Positions 27,807 to 38,232 of a stretch of DNA of 64,000 nt are shown one piece after another. The translations under genes were made by a program, and so were the position numbers. Source of the stretch: Gnetum montanum (lineage: Eukaryota > Plantae > Gnetophyta); the NCBI GenBank assembly GCA_015680685.1, contig MNCI01001365.1, positions 291,054 through 355,053 on the forward strand. Reading direction: 5' to 3'. Within the stretch, counting starts at the first letter, position 1, and each line of letters opens with the position of its first letter. Below the pieces are notes generated by a model that was given only the letters and a program-made list of their open reading frames with translations, had not been told where the DNA came from and ran no database searches.

Positions 27807-28523
27807 ATTTTTTAAGCCAAAGGTCCTCAACCTTAGAAGCCATAACTTTTGATTCTAGGAGCCTTTTTTGATAGATGAAGAGTTGTTTCCTATAGATTTC
27901 AACCTTTCAGACACAATGGTGAAGTTAGGTTAGTCCCAAGGAACCCCAAAAATTAGTTTTTATCCCTTACTAGATATAGTGATTTAAGACCTTTAAAAAT
28001 TTTAATTTTAGTATAACTTGAGCATATGATGTTCATTTTCAACATATGAATAGTCACCTCCAATATTTTTCACCCTTTTAAACTTAATGATGAGGTCAAA
28101 TTTATCATCTGGGTACTTGATAATTCAATGATACCAGGAAACTATGCCTTAAAAAATTAATAACATAAAGATAACTAATCATGCCTTGTTGGGAAAATAA
28201 CCTTTGCAGATAGCCTTAAGATCTCTATGGTAAGTCGTTAGTCACATGCTAGAGTTAGTGTCTTTAAGGGAGGTAGAAAGGTCATTAAGAATTAGATGAT
28301 GTAATTATATATTACTAAAATTAGATGATGTAGTTATATATTGCTAAAGTTAGATAATGTAGTAAATCAATTAATTAGTTGATGTATCGGTATCAATTCA
28401 GTTGTTGATTAGTTGAAGAAGTAGCTGATGAACAAAAATAGTCAAGAAGATGTATATTAATCCATCCTACAATCAACACATATGAAAAAATAATGTGGAG
28501 AGTCATAATCTTATTTCCACAAC

Positions 28524-29735
28524 ATGTATGACACCCATGAAGAGAAATGATCTAGAAGAAAATCCAAGAATGAGAATGAAAGTTGCAACATACAATGTGC
28601 TTGCAAGATCCTTAGTGAGCAAGAAACAACATCTGCTATGTCCACATTGGGCTTTAGATTAGCATGAATATCAATATCCATGCATTTTAGAAGAGTTACA
28701 AGATTTGGATGTTGATGCTTTATGTCTACAAGAAGTTTTACTATGAGAATTTCTACACCAATTCAAATCAAACTTGGAAAATATGGGATACAAAAGGATT
28801 TTTAAGCAAAAAGGTTCTTTTGGAAGTTCTTCTTTTGAATCATACAGATTAGCATATTACAAAAATCACATGGATGTTTGTGTGATCTTTTATAAAGAAG
28901 TTAAGTTTGAATTGATACAAAGATTTGAATGAAGTTTAGAAAATATAATTTTAGAAATTTTAGAAATTCAAATCATGGAAAAGAAAGAATATTTAAGATT
29001 TTGGAAAAATCACATAGCCTTGGTAGTTATTCTAAAAGTTCATCAATCATGAAGATGTGTATGGATAGTCAACACACATTGAATTGCCAAACTAACATGT
29101 TCAGATGTTAGGTTGTGTCAAGGAGCATAATTAATTGAGAAAATGAAGAAATTTTGAAGAATAAGTTGTTCCTAAGTTATACTAATCTAGTGCCAATTGT
29201 TCTTTGTGGAGACTTTAGTACAAAAGTTGGAAGTAGTGTTTATCAATTCTTAAAATATGTATGCATAAAGGAATCCTTGGAAGATGAGCCTGATTTGAAG
29301 AACATGCTTTGATCAATTCAACATAGAATTCCATTGGCTAGTGAATATTTTAATTATTTTAAATCTTTAAGAGATAAATAAGATTCCAGAATTCAAGAAC
29401 AGATGATGTTGATGGATAGTATTCATCAAGAACCATAGTTTACCAATTACTCTGCTATGATTAATGAGGATGGATTAATAACATTCTTTATTTAGACCTT
29501 GGATTATATTTAGTATGATGTCTAATTCTTTCAAGTTACCAAATTACTAGAGTTGATTTCTAAAGAAGAAGTTGAGAACACTTAAGATCAAGCCTTACCA
29601 TCCCATACAAGACCATCCGATCATATACCACTTATGGTAGAATTACAATTACTTCCATTAGTTCATAAGGTTGATCAAGATCAGGAAGTATCTCACCTTA
29701 ATTTTATTTATAATATTATTTTCTTCATTATTTAG
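28524..29735 (+). pseudogene. CCR4/CNOT6-like EEP deadenylase domain, element-borne, disrupted (copy 2)
   Basis: KVATYNVLARSL..LLCPHWALD*..LCLQEV; VNTH; LCGDFS; IPLASEY; EP*FTNYS; TLDYI*Y; QALPSHTRPSDHIPLMVEL. Contiguous, no obvious introns. Multiple stops and frameshifts; the N-terminus may extend upstream. Confidence 0.88.
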
Positions 29736-32349
29736 TTGGAAAAGTAAAATATATAAGGTAATGAAAGTTGGAAATATAGGATTTTCCCTGTCTTCATTGA
29801 GTAACAAGATACAAGTTGCACTTTGTGTGACCTTGCTTAGGACTAGTAATTGGTGGTTGGTAGATCCTTAATTTTCCTCTTATCATTATCTTAGAAAATG
29901 AAGTAAGTATTAAGAAAGTAATATTTAAATTCCCATATATCTTTCTCACATATATCTTGTTTGTAGAATAAGCAAGAAATAACTTCAAGTTTAAAGGAGA
30001 AATTTAATTATTAAAAGATGGGAACATAACAGAAGTACCAAAGTTGGAAAAATACTATGGACATGGACTCGTTTGAGGATGAACAAAACCTAAGGGGGGT
30101 AGAATGTCACGTCTCCATTTTTAAATGATGTTGTTACATAATGAAGATGGTGTCTCTTCATAACAAGTGTTACTATTATTGTAACAAGACTTGAAAAGGG
30201 TAGCTGTAATTGAGACTTGAAAGGGTGCATTGTAATAATGGACATGTCTCTTGAGGTAACCTTTGGGGATTTGACCTAAGGCATTTATACCTGGGCTTAG
30301 AGGTCATGTCAATCATGGAGTGGCAAAGCTGGTATAGGCAAGTCATAGGAGCTNTTCATGTCAATCATGGAGTGGCAAAGCTGGTATAGGCAAGTCATAG
30401 GAGCTAGGTGAGGTAGGACAAGAAGTAGGTTGGCCATCTCTTCTAGCCGGTAATAGGCCTAACCATGGTGGCAGTGTCGAATTTCCTTTAAGGGATAGAT
30501 GCTGAAGCAAGAAAACCCCAAGGAACACTCTCAGAGCATGATCCAAATACTCTATTCCATATCAATAAATTATTCTTTTCTTTCTCTTTCTACACTTTCT
30601 CTGTTATTTCCTTTATGCATAATGTCAAATGTTACATATATTTGACATTTGGTATACTGTCTTCTTATGCATAATGTTTAATATAACATATATTTGATGT
30701 TTTCTATGACATCTGGGAATGGGATGTCACACTATGAAACCAAAAAACTTAACTCTTGCAAAGTCACTATAGAAGAAAAAAAGTCTTAAATCAAAATCTT
30801 ATTATTTAAATTATGATTTTCAAAGTTCTATGAACCAAGGAAATACAACCATAGTAAACTCATTAAACTATAAAGCTAAAAACTGATCATTAGGAAAGCA
30901 TTGATGCTAGTAATAAAGAAAATAATATAGTATAAAAAAGATCCAAAGAATTGATATAAGCCATTAAGAGTATAGGTGATTGGACCAACATAGATATAAA
31001 TGTTCCAAGACTTACAAGGACTTGAGATCATTAATTACATGATAATGATATCATAGCCAATGTTATGATGCCAAGTAAAAAGATTCTAAAGACTACGTTA
31101 GAGCATTCAATGTGGATCATTGGAAGGAGGAAATTAAGGCTAAATTATCCATGATCAAAAAGAGAGGAGTTGAAAGTTAGTACCATATACAAATGATCAT
31201 CGGTATATTAAAAATCTATGGATATTTGCAACCAAACTCAAGGAAGATGAAACACTAGATACTTATAAGGCTAGATTGGTAGCAAGAGGCTTTTATCAAA
31301 TAAAAGAAATAGACTATGAGGAGACATTTATACCTACCACTTGTATTATCATCTTCTAAATAGCCATATCCTTGTCTACCAAGATGAAATGGAAATTTCA
31401 TAAAATTAATGTTAGGTTAGCATTCCTATATGAATAATTATAAGAATAAATATACATGAAGTGGACAAAATAATTTATGAAAGATGCAAAGATGGTGTGT
31501 AAGTTATGAAAATTAATTTATGAATTAAAACATACTCCACGAGTTTGATAACAAAAGATTGATCAATCTTTGATCAAATATGAATTTATTAAATCATAGA
31601 AGGATAGTAACATCTACACACCTAAGAAGAAAATAACATGATAAATGATTTTATCCTTTTATATGAATGATATAATAATATCAGCAATTAACTTAAATAT
31701 CATGAAATATATCAAGCATAAACTATAATTACAATTTGATATATCTCTTTTTGGCCTAGCACATTATTACTTGGAAATGAAAATTATTAGAAATAGTAAA
31801 AATGTACCATCTAACTCCTCCATCCATGTTTACTTTGATGTTGACTAGGTGGTAGTATTTCCTTTGTTTTTGTGATGTTTACTTTTATTATAATAGGTGC
31901 TATAATTGGGTTTGTATGAAGAAAAATGATTTTAAAAGGTTAGAAATTAAGCAAATTTGCAAAAAGAGCAAGAAGAGGCCAAGAGCCTTCATGTGTGACC
32001 CATGCTCAAAGAGGCAAAATTTTCTCCAAAAACATATAAATAGGGATATCCTTATCCATTGTAACTTAGCTTGCTTATTCAATTTAAATTGAAGTAAATA
32101 GAAGCTCTTCCTTTCTTGACTTCTTGAATGTTTTCTACAAGTTATTTATGCTTGGGAAGCTCTATTACCTTTTCCCTTTTTCTTTTTTTGCATTCTTAAA
32201 GCATGGTCATCTTACTTGTAGAGTAAATTCCTTCTCATGGATTCTTCTTCCAAGTTCTCTCAAGCTTTTCATTCATGAATTTCTCACAATTTCATGCATT
32301 CTCTTGATTTTCTCACATTCATGTTTTAATTTCAAGTTCTATTAAGTTG

Positions 32350-32506
32350 TGATGAGACGCGACTTACACTAGGCTGCGATATCGCGTAAGCGATATCGCG
32401 GCCGACGCGATATCGCGTCCCGCCGCCATTTCTAAAAATAAGAGGCGGCACTCCCCTTATTTCCCAATCCTGGCTAGTGTAGCGAAGCTCTGGCAGATTG
32501 ATCACT
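32350..32506 (+). repeat. 5' end of a young Athila-like family LTR, truncated at a contig join
   Basis: TGATGAGACGCG start, GCGATATCGC palindromes and AAATAAGAGGCGGCACTCCCCTT, shared with 38233-38793, 44587-44738 and 49884-50757. Ends at a single N. Confidence 0.85.
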
Positions 32507-34029
32507 NTTCCCTTTTTCTTTTTTTGCATTCTTAAAGCATGGTCATCTTACTTGTAGAGTAAATTCCTTCTCATGGATTCTTCTTCCAAGTTCTCTCAAG
32601 CTTTTCATTCATGAATTTCTCACAATTTCATGCATTCTCTTGATTTTCTCACATTCATGTTTTAATTTCAAGTTCTATTAAGTTGCTAACGTATATAATG
32701 AATGTTTACTCATGTTTCTAATGATGTTTGGAAGGATTTAGAAATGTTTTCATGCTATAATTTAAGGGATCCACTTCCTAATTTCAAATTCATGTCGATT
32801 TTCATGTTCTTATTTATATGTTTTTTAAAAGTAAAATCTAATGTAAAAGCCTATATTTCTTTTTGCATTTTCTTATCTTAAGATTCTTTAGCTTGTTGAA
32901 GTCTTCTCTTATTTTGTTTCATGTTTTCAAAAGCATTTGAAGGTTTTTTCAAGGAATAATTACAAGTTTATACAAGTTCATGGTGTTTTTGTGCTTGTGC
33001 CACATATGTATTAAATTCGAGGCTCATTTGATGTGACATCTCGTCCCTAGATGTCATAGCAAACATCGAATATACGATATATTAGACATTATGCATACAA
33101 AGAAAATATATCAAATGTGAAATATATGTGATATTCAACATTATGTATAAGAGAAATAATAGGAAAAATGCAAAAAGAGAAAAAAATAATGCATTATTGA
33201 TATGGAATAGCATATCCGTATCGTGCTCTAAGAGTGTTCCTTGAGGTTTTCTTCCTTTGACATCTATCCCTTAGAGGCAATCTAGCATTGCCACCACGGT
33301 TAGGCCTATAACTTGGCTAGAAGGGATGGCCAGTCCACTTCCTATCCTACTTCACCCAGTTCTCTTAACTTGCTTGTATCAGCTCCACCACTCCATGCCT
33401 AGCATTGACCTCTAAGTTTGGGTATAAATTCCTTAGGTCAAACTCCCAAAGGTTACCTCAAGAGACATGTCTATTATTACAACACACCCTTTTGGGTCTT
33501 AATTACAATTGTACTTTTGGGTCTTTATTAAGATTACAATAACACTTATTATGAAAAGGCACCATCTTCCATAGGTAGTAGCATCATTTGAGAATGGGGA
33601 TGTTACAATCTACCCTCCTTAGGTTTCATTCATCCTTGAAAAAGTCCATGTTCTCTATCTTTTTCTCTAGCTCCAATGTTTTCTTTCATGATCCTATGGT
33701 CCAATAATTTGATTTCTCCTTTGAACATGAATTTTTTTCTTGTTTATTTTACAAACAAGATATATGTCAAAAAAATATATACAAGTTTTAAATATTACTT
33801 TCTTAATACTTACTTAATTTTCTTAGATAATGACAAGAGGTGAATTAAACATCTACCAACCACCACTGACTAGTCCTAACTAGGATAACATAAAGTGCAA
33901 CTCGTATCTGGTTATCCAAGTGAAGGCAAGGAAAATTTATTTATTCCCAACTTTCATTACCTTATATATTTACTTATCTAATTATAATATAAATTAAATA
34001 ATGAATAAAATAATAATATCATCAATAAA

Positions 34030-35202
34030 AGTAAGGGTGAGATACTACCTGATCTTGATCAACCTTATGAATTGATGGAAGTAACTATAATTCTACCATA
34101 AGTGGTATGTGATATGATGGTTTTGTTCAGGATGGCAAGGCTTAATCTTGATGCTTCTCAACTTCTTCTTTAGAAACTAACTTTAGTAATTTGGTAATTT
34201 GGAAGAATTAGACATCATACCAAATATAATAGAAATTCTCAATGAATAATTTTGTTGATCCATCCTCATTAATCATAACAATGTAATTGGTAAACTATGG
34301 TTCTTGATGAGCACTATCCATCAAAGTCATTTGTTCTTAAATTTTAGAATTTGATTTATCTATTGAAGATTCAAAATAAGCAGAATATGCATTAGACAAT
34401 GGAATTGCATGTTGAATTGATGGAAACATCTTCTTCAAATCAAGTTCATCTTCCAAAGATTCCTTTACACATCCATATTTTAAGAATTGATAAACACCAC
34501 CTCCAACTTTTGCATTGAAATCTCCACAAATAATAAATTGAATTGGATTAGTATAACTTAGGAATAACTTATTCTTTAAACTTTCCTCCATTTGTTTAAT
34601 CAAGTATGCTCCTTGGCATAGTCTAACATCTAAACATGTTGGTTTCTCAATCAAATGTGTGTTAACCACACATACACATCTTCTTGATAGATGAACTTTT
34701 AGAAATACTGCCAAGGCTATGTGATTTTTCCAAAATTTTAACTATTCTTTCTTTTCCATCTCTTGAAGTTCTGAAATTTTAAAAATCATATTTTCTAAAC
34801 TCCATTCAAATATTTGCACCATTTCAAACTTGGCTTCTTTATAAAAGATCACACAACCATCCATGTTGTGATTTTTGCAATATGCTAATTTATATATGGC
34901 TCAAAAGAAGAACTTTCATAAGAACATTTTTGATTATCAATACCTCTATATCCTATTTTTTCTAAGTCTAGTTGGAATTGGTATAGAAACTTCCATGGAA
35001 TAACTTCTTAGAGGCATAAAACATCAACATCCAAATCTTGTAAATCTACTAAAATGCATGGATATCAATATTCATGCCAATATAAGGTCCGTGATGGACA
35101 TAGCAGATGTTGTTTCTCACTCACTAGGGATCTTGCAAGCACATTGTATGTTACAACTTTCATTCTCATTCTTGGATTCTTGTTTGGATCATTTCTCTTC
35201 AT
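34030..35202 (-). pseudogene. CCR4/CNOT6-like EEP deadenylase domain, element-borne, disrupted (copy 3)
   Basis: KVVTYNVLARSL; MDGCVIFYK; ORF 34337-34714 CVVNTH..IICGDFNAK..HAIPLSNAY; EP*FTNY; PSYHIPLMVEL. Ends approximate. Confidence 0.88.
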
Positions 35203-35913
35203 AGGTATCATCCACCTAGTTGAAATAATATTTTGAGTCTCCATGTTGTTTTGCCATATGTTTTGATTGTAGGATAGATTAATATACCTTTTCTTGATAG
35301 TTGAAGATTATTCTATTTCTTCAACTAATTCTCCAACTAATACATCAACTGATCATTAATTAATACATCGATTGATATTCAACTACATCATCTAAATAAC
35401 TACAATTTCTAATTTTAGTAGTAAATAATTACATTACCTAAATTTTAGTAACATTTAACTATATTATCTAATTCTTAATAGCCTTTCTACCCCCCTAAAG
35501 AACATTGACTGTAGCAGTGTAACTAATGACATGCCATAGTGATCTTAAGATGTCAAAAAGGTTAAATTCATTAGGAAAAATTTATGATATAAATAAATTA
35601 TTAGGTACTTAGATGATAAATCTAGCCTCACCATTGAGTTTAGAAGGGTGAAAAATGTTGGAAATGACTATTCACATGTTGACAATGGACATTGTATGCT
35701 TGAGTTGCGTGAAAATTAAACTTTTGAGGATATCAAGGCACTATATTGGGCAAAGAGTAAAAACTAATTTTCAAGGTTTCCTAGGATGGATTTGACTTTA
35801 ACATTATGTTCATAAGGTTAAAAAATATAGGAAATGACTCTTTGTTTTCTAAAAAAGGTGTTCAAAATCAAAAGTTATGGCTTCTGAAGTCTAAGATGTT
35901 TTGCATAAAAAAT

Positions 35914-35970
35914 GAGACTTTCCAAGAGGTCACCTATCCTAGTTCTACTTCAGAATGAGTGTGCTTAATT
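35914..35970 (-). promoter_or_regulatory. 5S rRNA-derived segment (Pol III box A / IE / box C), copy 3
   Basis: Minus strand AATTAAGCACACTC..AGTAGAACTAGGATAGGTGACCTCTTGGAAAGTCTC followed by a T-run. Same position relative to the CCR4 gene as in copies 1 and 2. Confidence 0.8.
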
Positions 35971-36619
35971 ATATAATTTTTATTCTTGTGATTACTAGGG
36001 TGCCAAATTCAAATTTGAAAATTATTTTTGCACATTTCTAATCTAAACTAACGGCTTGACGATAGAAATTTAAATTTTCTATCAATTGACAAGAATTTCA
36101 ATTTTTTGCTAGTTGATGAGCAATTGAAAATTTTTCATTATATAATAGAGAATTTGTCATTTCATTCCAACAATAGTAATGGTAGTAGTGGAATCCCAGT
36201 AGTGTCTTGGGTGGCTGCTGGGATGTCGGTGGCCATGCTGGACATGTTGACAAAGGTAGCGACAAGTGAGGAAGTGTGCATCAGCAATAATGTTGTAGTG
36301 TTTTCTGTGGAGGTGCATCATTTTCTACCATGTAGTCTATGTAGGGCCAGTGAGGCCTGCAGAGGCTAGCTCAACCCTTATGTGAGCCCATGTAGCCCCC
36401 ACATGGGCATGTGTAGTTCATCCTAAGGCTCGCTTGGCCCTTTTCTAGTGCATGCGTAGCCCTTCTTAGGGCCTATGCAGCCCTCCTTGGGGCTTGTGTG
36501 GCCTTCTGTGGGTCTCACATGACCCTCCACATGGATTGCATGGTTCCAAATGAGGCTAGTGTTACCCATTAATAGGGCATACATAGCCCTAAAACATGTT
36601 AGCAATGAGGGTTTTTATG

Positions 36620-36800
36620 GTGTGGAAGGGGGAGGTGATGATTAGTGATGGGGGAAGTGATGATCGGTGGCACAAGAGGTGATGATCTATGGTATGGAAG
36701 GAAATTATCAATAGCATGGGAGGCAATGATCTATGACATGGAAGGTGATGATTAGTAGCATGGGAGGCATTGATCAGTGGTGTGAGAGGCGATGATCCAC
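36620..36800. repeat. ~22-23-bp degenerate tandem repeat in copy 3 interior
   Basis: Recurrent GGTGATGAT(C/T)..GGCATGG(G/A)A-like units. Confidence 0.7.
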
Positions 36801-37607
36801 GATGTTGTTGGTATCTACAAAGCATTATAACAGGTTGAAAAACATGGTGGAAATTTTGGAGGTAGCAAAAATGGCAGTGGTAGGAATTTTTGTGGTGAGG
36901 TAGGTGATGGGCACATGTGGCAATAGTGGCAGCATTTGTACTTGGCCTATGTGGTAGGTAGTGATGTAGAGGTGGCAAGTGCATGTGGAGGCAGTGAGCA
37001 CAAGGTGAAAAATGTAGAAGGTGATGCTAGAGGGTGAAGGTAGTAGTAAGTAGAAGACCATGCATAATGGCAGAAGCTCTACTACCATCGACCATTTGTT
37101 GGCTACAAGGTTTCAACAAGTGTTGTGTGTGATGGGGATAGGTGAATGATGGGCACATGTGTAGAAGGATAGAGGGGTTGGTGGGGTGGGGGGAGTTTGA
37201 TGGTGCATAGGAGGCAAGCTAGCCTCCTTTCTAGTCCCCTTTGGGACTAGCTATGGTGCTACATGATAGGCCCAATTGTCATTGACCACTAGTTAGCCTT
37301 ACCATAGTCAGCAATAAGGTCGGTCATGGCCTACTAAAAAGGTGTTTTTTTTTGAAATAATAATAATATTATTATTTTTATTATAATTAAAAACATTCTA
37401 AGGCATGAGGTTGAACCTATGACCTCTCTCTTGATAAGTATTTTAGAAATTATTTTTAAAAACTTATTATTATTATTTTATTCTCCTTGGCTCAACGATT
37501 TGGCTGATGATAAGGTGGAGGTTCGGTATGGATAAATGGTGATTCCAAGTTTAATTCTTGATCCTAAAATTTTGACAATTTTTTAAAATAATAATTTAAT
37601 ATTATTT

Positions 37608-38232
37608 NNNNNNNNNNNNNNNNNNNNNNNNNNNNNNNNNNNNNNNNNNNNNNNNNNNNNNNNNNNNNNNNNNNNNNNNNNNNNNNNNNNNNNNNNNNNN
37701 NNNNNNNNNNNNNNNNNNNNNNNNNNNNNNNNNNNNNNNNNNNNNNNNNNNNNNNNNNNNNNNNNNNNNNNNNNNNNNNNNNNNNNNNNNNNNNNNNNNN
37801 NNNNNNNNNNNNNNNNNNNNNNNNNNNNNNNNNNNNNNNNNNNNNNNNNNNNNNNNNNNNNNNNNNNNNNNNNNNNNNNNNNNNNNNNNNNNNNNNNNNN
37901 NNNNNNNNNNNNNNNNNNNNNNNNNNNNNNNNNNNNNNNNNNNNNNNNNNNNNNNNNNNNNNNNNNNNNNNNNNNNNNNNNNNNNNNNNNNNNNNNNNNN
38001 NNNNNNNNNNNNNNNNNNNNNNNNNNNNNNNNNNNNNNNNNNNNNNNNNNNNNNNNNNNNNNNNNNNNNNNNNNNNNNNNNNNNNNNNNNNNNNNNNNNN
38101 NNNNNNNNNNNNNNNNNNNNNNNNNNNNNNNNNNNNNNNNNNNNNNNNNNNNNNNNNNNNNNNNNNNNNNNNNNNNNNNNNNNNNNNNNNNNNNNNNNNN
38201 NNNNNNNNNNNNNNNNNNNNNNNNNNNNNNNN
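37608..38232. other. Assembly gap (N run)
   Basis: Run of N. Confidence 1.

Larger units (their letters stand above)
24919..30731 (+). mobile_element. Non-autonomous LTR element carrying a 5S-like segment and CCR4-like gene, copy 2 (most complete)
   Basis: LTRs 24919-25493 and 30105-30731 (TGTCA...GGGATGTCACA). Perfect TSD CTATG (24914-18, 30732-36). PBS TGATATCAAAGC 25496-25507. PPT AAGGGGGGTAGAA 30092-30104. No gag/pol motifs seen. Inserted between INT and RT of copia 1. Confidence 0.95.

Noticed and set aside
27700-27830. Functional 5S rRNA gene or canonical Cassandra TRIM
   Set aside because: Only the 3' half matches clearly, it is diverged and not in an array, and it lies in the internal region rather than the LTRs.
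30305-30405. Apparent ~50-bp duplication lengthening the copy 2 3' LTR
   Set aside because: Exact repeat around a single N (30354): an assembly artefact.
15790-35202. EEP sequences as a tandem host CCR4 gene cluster or as LINE endonucleases
   Set aside because: Each lies inside its own LTR pair with a distinct TSD and appears intronless. No LINE RT or poly(A) tail follows, and the motifs (CPxWALxW, PLxSAY, EPxFTN) are CCR4-type.
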